Part shown: piece after piece, positions 24,766-32,000 of the stretch | How the letters are laid out: the number at the start of each line of letters is the position of its first letter | Numbering within the stretch: the stretch's first letter is position 1 | Assembly (NCBI GenBank): GCA_030604855.1 | Contig: JAUVVC010000002.1 | Coordinates: 150,001 to 182,000 of the forward strand | Direction of reading: 5' to 3' | DNA from: Erysipelotrichaceae bacterium | GTDB lineage: Bacteria; Bacillota_I; Bacilli_A; Erysipelotrichales; Erysipelotrichaceae | Length of the DNA: 32,000 nt | Notes under the pieces: model-generated | The model's input: only the letters and a program-made list of their open reading frames with translations | Told to the model about the DNA's origin: nothing | The model's database searches: none | Translations under genes and position numbers: made by a program

Positions 24766-25559
24766 TGAATATCTTATTTGTTGGTGATATCGTCGGAAAA
24801 GCAGGTCGAGCAATTTTATATGCTCGACTTGTTTCACTTAAACAAGAGCATAAGATCGATTTCACCATCGTGAATGGTGAAAACATCGCACATGGTAAAG
24901 GCATGACCTTGAAGCTCTATGAGGAATTACTGAGAAATGGTGTTGATGCGATCACACTTGGCAATCATGCGTACTCTAAGTCGGATGTCTTAGCTTTCAT
25001 TCAAAAAAGTAAGCATTTGGTTCGTCCCTTGAACATGCATCCTCAAACGCATGGTAAAGGCATTCAGGAGTTTGAAGTAAAGGGTAAAACGATTCGTGTC
25101 ATTAATCTGATTGGCTCTGTATTCATGGATAATGTGGTAGAAACACCTTTCGAAGCGATGTATCCACTCGAACGATTCAATAAAGATAAGATCGTGATCG
25201 TGGATCTTCATGCGGAAGCAACCAGTGAAAAAATTGCCTTTGCTTATCAGTTCAAAAATCAATGTGCAGCCGTTATTGGGACGCATACACACGTTCAAAC
25301 CGCGGATGAGCGTATCATCGATGGTTGTGCTTTCATCAGTGATGTTGGAATGACGGGACCTTTCAACAGTGTCATCGGTCGAGATGTCCAAGAGGTGTTG
25401 GATCGTTTCAACGGAAATTTCTCAAAACGCTTCACAGTGAGTGAAGAACCTGCACAACTGTGTGCGGTTGTGATCACGATCGACGATGAGAGTTTACGTT
25501 CAACACAGATTCAGCGGATCCAGATTCGACCTGAAAAAGTGTTGAATAATGAGCACTAA
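24765..25559 (+). CDS. ymdB: YmdB-family metallophosphoesterase (2',3'-cyclic-nucleotide 2'-phosphodiesterase)
   Basis: MNILFVGDIVGKAGR, NGENIAHGKGM, TLGNH, DLHAEATSEK and GTHTHVQTADE. TAATG overlap with rny, the same pairing as in B. subtilis. Confidence 0.9.
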   Translation: MNILFVGDIVGKAGRAILYARLVSLKQEHKIDFTIVNGENIAHGKGMTLKLYEELLRNGVDAITLGNHAYSKSDVLAFIQKSKHLVRPLNMHPQTHGKGIQEFEVKGKTIRVINLIGSVFMDNVVETPFEAMYPLERFNKDKIVIVDLHAEATSEKIAFAYQFKNQCAAVIGTHTHVQTADERIIDGCAFISDVGMTGPFNSVIGRDVQEVLDRFNGNFSKRFTVSEEPAQLCAVVITIDDESLRSTQIQRIQIRPEKVLNNEH

Positions 25560-25569
25560 GTGCTATAAT
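25542..25569 (+). promoter_or_regulatory. Strong candidate promoter for the ferredoxin gene, embedded in the 3' end of ymdB
   Basis: TTGAAT (25542-25547), 16 nt, TGcTATAAT (25561-25569). Confidence 0.65.
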
Positions 25570-25594
25570 TGATTTATTAAAAGGAGGATTCGTT

Positions 25595-25771
25595 ATGCCT
25601 GTTGTTGTAGCAAAAGATACCTGTATTGGTTGTGGTGCCTGTGTAGGTGTTTGCCCTGTTGGAGCTTTATCTTTGGATGCGGATGGCAAAGCAGAATGCG
25701 ATGAATCGATCTGCATTGATTGCTTAGCATGTATCGGTGTTTGTCCAACTGAAGCGATAAGTCAAAAATAA
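25595..25771 (+). CDS. fer: 2x[4Fe-4S] ferredoxin (58 aa; absent from the supplied ORF track)
   Basis: My own translation is MPVVVAKDTCIGCGACVGVCPVGALSLDADGKAECDESICIDCLACIGVCPTEAISQK. It has two CxxCxxCxxxCP cluster motifs, SD AAGGAGGA 7 nt upstream, its own promoter and its own terminator. Confidence 0.9.
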   Translation: MPVVVAKDTCIGCGACVGVCPVGALSLDADGKAECDESICIDCLACIGVCPTEAISQK

Positions 25772-25793
25772 CCAAGCAGTGCTTGGTTTTTTT
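25771..25793 (+). terminator. Intrinsic terminator after the ferredoxin gene, 12 nt before the miaB start
   Basis: ACCAAGC-AGT-GCTTGGT 7-bp stem followed by T7. Confidence 0.75.
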
Positions 25794-25804
25794 AAGGAAA
25801 AATT

Positions 25805-27241
25805 ATGAACGAACTATTTATCAAACCCAATTTAAAAAGTGCTCAAAGAAGAACGAAAGATGAAACGGTCATCGAACGTTCACTTTTCAATATACCGGAA
25901 GAGTATCTTAATCTCGGTTTCAACAAAAATTTTTATTTAAGAACTTATGGCTGTCAAGCCAATGAGCGTGATTCTGAAACGTTACGAGGCATGCTTAAGT
26001 TGATGTCGTATACGGAAGTCGCCACACCGGAGGCAGCCGATCTGATCATCATGAATACCTGTGCGATCCGTAAGAACGCAGAAGACAAGGTTTTTGGAGA
26101 AATCGGTCATTTGAAGCAGTTGAAGTATGAGAATCCTGATTTGATTTTTGTCGTTTGCGGCTGTATGGCTCAAGAAGAAGATGTGGTCAATACGATTCTC
26201 AAAACGCACCAACACATCGATATCATTTTTGGAACCCATAACATCCATCGCTTCCCTGAGCTTTTGATTCAGGCGCATTTCAGTAAGGAAAGAGTCGTGG
26301 AAGTCTATTCCAAAGAAGGGGAGGTTTATGAGAACCTACCGGTCAATCGTGTTCAAAAAGCGAAGGCTTGGGTGAACATCATCTATGGCTGTGATAAGTT
26401 TTGCACCTACTGCATCGTACCTTACACACGAGGTAAGGAACGCTCACGATTAAAGGAAGATATTTTAAAAGAAATTATGACTTTGGTTGATGAGGGTTAT
26501 CAGGAAGTCACTTTGTTGGGTCAGAATGTGAATGCCTATGGAAAAGACCTGAATCTGGATTATGGGTTTGCGGAACTCTTGGAAGATGTGGCCAAGACCG
26601 ATATTCCTCGGATTCGATTCATGACCAGTCATCCTTGGGATTTCAGTGATAAGATGGTCGACATCATTGCACGGTATCACAACATCATGCCTTTTGTGCA
26701 TCTTCCATTGCAATCTGGAAATAATGAGATCTTAAAGATCATGGGTCGTCGTTATACAACCGAGGAATATCTGAATGTATTTGACGCATTGAAAGCGAAA
26801 GTCGATAACATCGCATTTTCAACAGACATCATCGTGGGTTTCCCGAACGAGACCGAAGAGCAATTTGAGGATACGTTGAAAATGATCGAGTACTGTCAAT
26901 TTGACAATGTCTACACCTTCATTTACTCTCCGCGTCATGGTACGCCTGCGAGTAAGATGGAAGACAACATTGAGCTTGAAGTCAAACGTTCTCGATTAAA
27001 ACGTTTGAATCAAAGAGTGGCGGTCTATGCTTTGCAAAACAATAAGAAACATGTCGGATCGATTCAAAATGTATTGGTCGATGGACCATCTAAGAAGAAT
27101 CCAGATGTGTTCAGTGGTTACACTGAAACCAATAAGTTGGTCAATTTTGTACCGAAATCAGCCAAAGCTGGTATGATTGTACAAGTGAAAATTACTGGAG
27201 CGAACACTTGGACCTTAAAAGGTGAAGAAGTTTTGGCTTAA
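25805..27241 (+). CDS. miaB: tRNA-i6A37 methylthiotransferase MiaB (radical SAM)
   Basis: UPF0004 N-terminal domain (YLRTYGCQANERDSE, NTCAIR, CGCMAQ), radical-SAM motif CDKFCTYCIVP and a C-terminal TRAM domain. 478 aa. Confidence 0.88.
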   Translation: MNELFIKPNLKSAQRRTKDETVIERSLFNIPEEYLNLGFNKNFYLRTYGCQANERDSETLRGMLKLMSYTEVATPEAADLIIMNTCAIRKNAEDKVFGEIGHLKQLKYENPDLIFVVCGCMAQEEDVVNTILKTHQHIDIIFGTHNIHRFPELLIQAHFSKERVVEVYSKEGEVYENLPVNRVQKAKAWVNIIYGCDKFCTYCIVPYTRGKERSRLKEDILKEIMTLVDEGYQEVTLLGQNVNAYGKDLNLDYGFAELLEDVAKTDIPRIRFMTSHPWDFSDKMVDIIARYHNIMPFVHLPLQSGNNEILKIMGRRYTTEEYLNVFDALKAKVDNIAFSTDIIVGFPNETEEQFEDTLKMIEYCQFDNVYTFIYSPRHGTPASKMEDNIELEVKRSRLKRLNQRVAVYALQNNKKHVGSIQNVLVDGPSKKNPDVFSGYTETNKLVNFVPKSAKAGMIVQVKITGANTWTLKGEEVLA

Positions 27242-27262
27242 GTTTGCTTTATACGCTATAAT
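27233..27262 (+). promoter_or_regulatory. Candidate promoter for rnj-ftsK
   Basis: TTGGCT (27233-27238, inside the last miaB codons), 18 nt, TATAAT (27257-27262), then AGGAGG SD and ATG 27293. Confidence 0.5.
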
Positions 27263-27292
27263 GAAAATAGTGTTTATTTAGGAGGAAATATA

Positions 27293-28957
27293 ATGAATCA
27301 AGTACGCATTTTTGCGTTGGGTGGCTTAGATGAGGATGGAAAGAATCTAACCGTCGTCGAGATCAATCAAGATCTTTTTGTGATTGATGTGGGTCTTAAG
27401 TATCCCGATAAGGATCGACTCGGGGTTGAAATCATCATCCCGGATTTTAAGTATCTTATCGAAAACAAACAAAAGATCAAAGGCATCTTCATCACCCATG
27501 GGCATGATGATGCGATGGCTGCTTTGCCATATCTTATCAAACAGGTGAATCTACCAATTTATACCACGCCTTTAACGGCGAAGCTGATTGAGAAGTTATT
27601 TAAAGAGGAGAAGGTCAGTGATTATCAAATCAAGGTCATCAAGCGTGATGATAACTTGACCATAGGTAAAGTCAATGTCCGCACCTTCAGCTTGACCCAT
27701 TCGATTGCGGATGCATTTGGCATCGCCATCGATAGTCCTTTTGGCTATGTTGTCTATGCGGGTGAATACATCATTGATTTCAATACACGTAATCCGGCAT
27801 TTGCATGTGATATCACGAATTTTGCCGAAATTGGTAAGAAAGGTGTCTTTGCCTTCTTGACCGAATCGGTTGGGGCGGAGCGTCCAGGCTACACAGCTCC
27901 CAATCATATGATCACTGAAACCGTTGAAGATGTGTTGGAAGACACCAAAGGGCGTGTGTTCGTGACGATGTATGAACAGAATTTGTTCAGGCTCATGGAA
28001 TTATTGGAGTTGGCTAAGAAATACAAACGTAAGGTGTTTTTCTTTAATCAGGAACAACGTGAATTGTTAAGACTGGCAGAGTCCTTAGGCTATTATAAGA
28101 TGCCTTTGGATCTGGAATTGCCAAAGGCTAAGTTTAACAATGATTTGGATAATGTGATGGTCATCATTTCTGGAAGTGGACCACAAGTCTTCAATTTGAT
28201 GCATAAAATCGCTTTGAAGGAAGAAGATTTATTTACATTGGATTCGAACGATACCGTCGTCATCGCTTCACCGATCGTACCGGGTACGGAAAAAGAAGCC
28301 AGCATGATGGAAAATGAATTGTATAAAGAGGATGTGAATGTCATCACTTTGGATCGTCGCAAGGTCGTTTCGATGCATGCGTCGATCGAAGATATCAAGA
28401 TGTTGGTCTATCTCTTAAAACCAAAGTATTTTATTCCGATTCATGGGGAATATCGTCATCTTGTGAACAATGCGACGATTGCTTTGGATCTGGGCTACTA
28501 TGCCGATAAGATCGTTGTCTTGGACAATGGTCAGATCGCGACATTTGAGAACGGTAAATTAAGCAATACAGCGAACATCATCAAATTGGATGAGATCTTG
28601 ATTGATGGAAATGCCCATTTGGATTCGAGTGGTTTGATTCTTAAAGATCGTGAGATGTTATCGACGGATGGTGTCATCGTTATTGGTGTCGTTTTGAATT
28701 TCAATACCAAAGAGATCATCGGTGGACCCGATGTTCAATCCCGTGGCGTCATTTATCTTAAAGATGCGGATTACATCGTAAAGGAAATCGGTGCGATTCT
28801 CGAGAATACGATAGGATCGATGGTTGAAAACAAGCGATATGAGAATATGAGTGCGCGCAATGAAGCCAAAGACAAAATCACCAAGTATGTCTTAAAGGAA
28901 ACAGGTAAACGGCCAATGATCTTACCGGTCATTGTCGAAATTAATTTAGCGGAGTAA
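27293..28957 (+). CDS. rnj: Ribonuclease J family protein (J2-like paralog with altered catalytic motifs)
   Basis: Collinear with B. subtilis RNase J over its full length (FALGGL..GKN, LTHS, PIHGEYRH, KRPMILPVIVE). Motif II reads HGHDDA instead of HGHEDH, and AGEY replaces TGDF. The position upstream of ftsK/spoIIIE matches B. subtilis rnjB. Confidence 0.85.
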   Translation: MNQVRIFALGGLDEDGKNLTVVEINQDLFVIDVGLKYPDKDRLGVEIIIPDFKYLIENKQKIKGIFITHGHDDAMAALPYLIKQVNLPIYTTPLTAKLIEKLFKEEKVSDYQIKVIKRDDNLTIGKVNVRTFSLTHSIADAFGIAIDSPFGYVVYAGEYIIDFNTRNPAFACDITNFAEIGKKGVFAFLTESVGAERPGYTAPNHMITETVEDVLEDTKGRVFVTMYEQNLFRLMELLELAKKYKRKVFFFNQEQRELLRLAESLGYYKMPLDLELPKAKFNNDLDNVMVIISGSGPQVFNLMHKIALKEEDLFTLDSNDTVVIASPIVPGTEKEASMMENELYKEDVNVITLDRRKVVSMHASIEDIKMLVYLLKPKYFIPIHGEYRHLVNNATIALDLGYYADKIVVLDNGQIATFENGKLSNTANIIKLDEILIDGNAHLDSSGLILKDREMLSTDGVIVIGVVLNFNTKEIIGGPDVQSRGVIYLKDADYIVKEIGAILENTIGSMVENKRYENMSARNEAKDKITKYVLKETGKRPMILPVIVEINLAE

Positions 28958-28958
28958 T

Positions 28959-31064
28959 ATGCCTCGAAAAAAGAAAGTTAGTTTCAGACACAGCCAGATC
29001 ATTCTCATTGCACTCATTCTTTTAGCGTTGATTTTCATTGCGTTTCAACGTTTAGGTTTTATTGGCATCTATTTGGATCGAATCATGAATCTGTTTTTTG
29101 GCGTGCGACGGGATCTGGTTTATTTTGGTTTAGGTGCCTATGGCATCTATCGTATTTTCAATCGCAAACATTTTCACCTTTCGTATAAATACACCATCAT
29201 GGGCATATTGAGTCTTGTCTTGATTGTCTTAACAAGTACCTACATCAGTTACGAAATTAATAATGTGGGTTTAAGTGTTTTCACCACATGGATTGAACAA
29301 GCTAATTTCATCTTTTTTGATAAGTTCCCATCACATGGCGGTATATTTGGTGTTGGTCTGTATGCTTTTTTCACAACCTTGTTTGATCGATTGGGGACGT
29401 TGTTTGTATTGATCATCGGCTATCTTGCACTGATCATGATGAATGTGGATTTCGCATGGCTTAAAGCAAAAGTCAAACCGATTCAAATGAGCCGCAACAA
29501 GAGGGAAGTCAATTACATTGATGAACCTCAGGTCAGTACGTCGCGAACAGTGTTTTTGACACCGGACGAGCCGAAGCCTCAACCCAAGAATAAGATTCAA
29601 GAACCAGAGATCAAGACGAAGTCCGCTGCGACGGTCCATTTCGGTAGTGGCAACTATACGATTCCTAGCCTAAATCTTTTGGACGAAGTCGCAGTAAAAT
29701 CAAAATCCAATGCGAACAGCGTTGCGGCAAGTCAAAAAGGACGTAAATTGATTGAGATTCTGGGAGAGTTCGGTGTGACCGCAAGTCTTGTGGGAACACA
29801 CATCGGACCCGCAGTCACGAAGTTTGAAGTCAGACCGGAAAGCAATGTCAAGATTTCTAAGATCGCATCACTTCAAGACAACATCAAAATGGAACTCTCA
29901 GCTAAAGAGCTTCGCTTAGAGGCACCGATTCCGGGACGGAATGCGGTGGGTGTGGAAATTCCGAACATCGAGATGGTTCCTGTACGGATGATTGAGTTGA
30001 TGAAAGATGTGCCAGCGGATAAATTATCAAAGAAGTTGTTGTTTCCTCTTGGGAAAGATTTGATGGGCAAATCTGTGTTCACCGAGTTGGATAAGATGCC
30101 CCATATGCTGATTGCTGGTGCTACTGGCAGTGGAAAGTCGGTCTGTGTCAATTCGATCATCATCAATTACCTGTTACGCACAACACCGGATGAGTTGAAG
30201 ATGGTGTTGATCGATCCCAAGAAAGTTGAGTTCACACCCTATCATAAGATTCCTCATCTTATTTCACCGGTCATCAGTGATGCGACAGAGGCCGCAAAGG
30301 CTTTGAAAGTCATTGTTTCGATGATGGAGAATCGTTATGAGGTGTTTTCTAACATTGGTGTTCGCAACATCCAGAGTTATAATGAACTGCTCGCCAAGAA
30401 GACGGATCCGAGCTTGAATCCAATGCCGTGGATCGTAGTCATCATTGATGAATTGGCTGATTTGATGATCGTGGCCGGTAAAGATGTGGAAGGAAGCATC
30501 CAACGCATCACGCAGTTGGCACGTGCAGCTGGGATACACTTGATCGTTGCGACCCAGCGACCAAGTACGGATGTCATCACAGGCATCATCAAAGCGAACA
30601 TTCCATCACGGATCGCTTTTGCGGTATCCAGTGGAATCGATTCAAGGGTCATCTTGGATGGAGTAGGAGCTGAGCGTTTGTTGGGTTATGGCGACATGTT
30701 GTTTTTCCCCGTTGGAGAACCTGCACCGATCCGTGTTCAAGGGGTATTCATCAACGATGAAGAGATTCGTAGAATCACAGACTTTGTGTCAAAGAGTCAA
30801 AAACCACAGTTTGATGATGCGTTCTTGAACCTGAGTGATCCTGAAGGAAATCAGAATGGTCAATTGGCTTTCGATGATCCGATTTTTGAAGAAGTCAAAC
30901 AGTATGTCATCGAAACGCAAAGGGCTTCCACTTCGAACATTCAAAGACGTTTTGGCTTAGGTTACAATCGTGCGGCACGCTTGATCGACATGTTGGAACA
31001 ACAAGGAATCGTTGGACCCGCTCAAGGAAGTAAACCGCGTGATGTCTATTCGCATAAGGCATAG
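28959..31064 (+). CDS. ftsK: DNA translocase FtsK/SpoIIIE
   Basis: N-terminal TM helices and a Pro/Lys-rich linker. Motor domain has Walker A GATGSGKSV and Walker B VVIIDELADL. The C-terminal winged-helix gamma domain is RASTSNIQRRFGLGYNRAARLIDMLEQQGIVGP. Confidence 0.93.
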   Translation: MPRKKKVSFRHSQIILIALILLALIFIAFQRLGFIGIYLDRIMNLFFGVRRDLVYFGLGAYGIYRIFNRKHFHLSYKYTIMGILSLVLIVLTSTYISYEINNVGLSVFTTWIEQANFIFFDKFPSHGGIFGVGLYAFFTTLFDRLGTLFVLIIGYLALIMMNVDFAWLKAKVKPIQMSRNKREVNYIDEPQVSTSRTVFLTPDEPKPQPKNKIQEPEIKTKSAATVHFGSGNYTIPSLNLLDEVAVKSKSNANSVAASQKGRKLIEILGEFGVTASLVGTHIGPAVTKFEVRPESNVKISKIASLQDNIKMELSAKELRLEAPIPGRNAVGVEIPNIEMVPVRMIELMKDVPADKLSKKLLFPLGKDLMGKSVFTELDKMPHMLIAGATGSGKSVCVNSIIINYLLRTTPDELKMVLIDPKKVEFTPYHKIPHLISPVISDATEAAKALKVIVSMMENRYEVFSNIGVRNIQSYNELLAKKTDPSLNPMPWIVVIIDELADLMIVAGKDVEGSIQRITQLARAAGIHLIVATQRPSTDVITGIIKANIPSRIAFAVSSGIDSRVILDGVGAERLLGYGDMLFFPVGEPAPIRVQGVFINDEEIRRITDFVSKSQKPQFDDAFLNLSDPEGNQNGQLAFDDPIFEEVKQYVIETQRASTSNIQRRFGLGYNRAARLIDMLEQQGIVGPAQGSKPRDVYSHKA

Positions 31065-31079
31065 GCACAGCACTTCTAT

Positions 31080-31108
31080 TTGACTTATAGGTTCAATTTG
31101 CATAAACT
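31080..31108 (+). promoter_or_regulatory. Candidate promoter for the BMP lipoprotein gene
   Basis: TTGACT (31080-31085), 17 nt, TAAACT (31103-31108), then a small hairpin TGTAGT-TTT-ACTACA (31114-31128) and GGAGGA SD. Confidence 0.5.
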
Positions 31109-31142
31109 TAAAATGTAGTTTTACTACAACGGAGGAACATAG

Positions 31143-32000
31143 ATGAAGAAGTTATTTATTCTGTTTACACTCGTTCTTCTAACATTGGGTACGTTGACTG
31201 CTTGTAGCAGCGACAAACCAGCAGTGGTAGAAGAAGAAAAGGGTTACGAAATTGGTTTGGTTACCGATATCGGTACGATCGATGACAAGTCCTTTAACCA
31301 AGGTGCTTGGGAAGGTGTTGTGGCTTATGCGGAAGCGAACGGCTTGACATACCAATATTACCAACCTGCTGCTGCATCGACTGCTGACTATATTGAAGCG
31401 ATCACATTGGCGATCGATGGTGGAGCTAAGGTTGTCGTAACACCTGGTTTCATGTTTGCTGGTGCGATTTATGAAGCTCAAACAATGTATCCTGAAGTCA
31501 ATTTCATCTTGTTGGATGCAGATCCACATACTGATGATTATTCCGCTTTCAATATCGAAAAGAATGTTTACTCGATCTACTATGCTGAAGAGCAATCTGG
31601 CTTCTTAGCGGGTTATGCTGCTGTCAAAGATGGCTTGACCAACTTAGGTTTCATGGGTGGTATGGCTGTACCAGCGGTTGTTCGTTTCGGTCATGGCTTT
31701 GTTCAAGGTGCTGAAATGGCAGCTGTTGAATTGGGCGTTGATGTTACGATCAAGTATGAATACTTGAATAGCTTCGCACCAGATAACAACCACCAAGTAA
31801 AAGCTTCTGGTTGGTATTCTGAAGGCGTCGAAGCGATCTTCGTTGCTGCTGGTGGTGCTGGTTTATCCGTCATGGCTGCTGCTGAAGAAGCGGGTAAGAA
31901 AGTCATCGGTGTTGACGTTGATCAATCCAATCTTTCTGAAACCGTCATTACGTCTGCAATGAAGGGTTTGACTTCTTCTGTTGAATTGGCATTGACTGAC
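31143..32000 (+). CDS. BMP-family (PnrA/Med-like) ABC transporter substrate-binding lipoprotein, 3' end beyond window
   Basis: My own translation from ATG 31143 (SD GGAGGA) gives signal peptide MKKLFILFTLVLLTLGTLTAC with lipobox LTAC. It continues IGLVTDIGTIDDKSFNQGAWEG and GGAKVVVTPGF, typical of the BMP family. The frame is open to the window end and is not in the ORF track because it has no stop. Confidence 0.85.
   Translation, partial: MKKLFILFTLVLLTLGTLTACSSDKPAVVEEEKGYEIGLVTDIGTIDDKSFNQGAWEGVVAYAEANGLTYQYYQPAAASTADYIEAITLAIDGGAKVVVTPGFMFAGAIYEAQTMYPEVNFILLDADPHTDDYSAFNIEKNVYSIYYAEEQSGFLAGYAAVKDGLTNLGFMGGMAVPAVVRFGHGFVQGAEMAAVELGVDVTIKYEYLNSFAPDNNHQVKASGWYSEGVEAIFVAAGGAGLSVMAAAEEAGKKVIGVDVDQSNLSETVITSAMKGLTSSVELALTD

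Noticed and set aside
31703-31906. 67-aa minus-strand ORF rich in Ala/Ser/Pro, and the 138-aa ORF at 31179-31595
   Set aside because: Both are antisense to the BMP lipoprotein gene, which has a lipobox, an SD and family motifs. The GCT/GCA-rich codon usage of the sense gene generates open antisense frames.
1-32000. Alternative genetic code (UGA read as Trp, as in Mollicutes), considered because of the low GC content and compact operons
   Set aside because: TGA ends several genes exactly where homologues end (yhbY, nadD/yqeK, rsfS, nth, rodZ, pgsA, recU), and Trp positions use TGG. The standard code 11 fits.
1-32000. Search for CRISPR arrays, IS elements or transposases, integrases, prophage genes, tRNA or rRNA genes, and toxin-antitoxin or defence modules
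   Set aside because: I saw no repeat-spacer periodicity, no terminal inverted repeats flanking ORFs, and no recombinase or transposase motifs. Every ORF over 150 aa in a sense context is accounted for by a housekeeping family or one of the four small unknowns listed.

Overview
This window looks like ordinary chromosomal core from a low-GC Gram-positive (Bacillota) genome using the standard code. It is densely packed, with about 33 protein genes plus RNase P RNA. The gene order joins several neighbourhoods known from Bacillus subtilis. Left to right: an ABC exporter (5' cut by the window edge), an A+T-rich putative regulator, yneF, plsY, parE-parC and a HAD-like gene. Next comes a tightly overlapping yqeG-yqeH-yhbY-nadD/yqeK-rsfS-methyltransferase-mtnN operon, then two small membrane-anchored unknowns, dnaD-nth, ponA-recU on the minus strand, and gpsB-rnpB. 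The right third holds rodZ-pgsA-cinA(C-terminal domain only)-recA-rny-ymdB, a 58-aa ferredoxin missing from the ORF track, miaB, an RNase J paralog, ftsK and a BMP-family lipoprotein (3' cut). I found no mobile elements, CRISPR arrays, tRNA/rRNA genes, or recognisable defence or toxin modules, and no convincing novel multi-gene system. The observations most worth follow-up are: (1) the compositionally odd regulator locus at 1549-2831, whose downstream leader has a perfect palindrome, an orphan Shine-Dalgarno sequence and a 15-bp-stem hairpin; (2) two divergent gene pairs with no Shine-Dalgarno sequence and extended -10 boxes 6-9 nt from the ATG, which suggests leaderless mRNAs; (3) the unannotated ferredoxin unit directly upstream of the radical-SAM gene miaB; (4) an RNase J with altered metal-binding motifs; (5) a NadD-YqeK fusion; (6) a class A PBP with a long C-terminal extension that looks PASTA-like. 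All functional calls rest on motif and synteny recognition by eye, and no database search was run.
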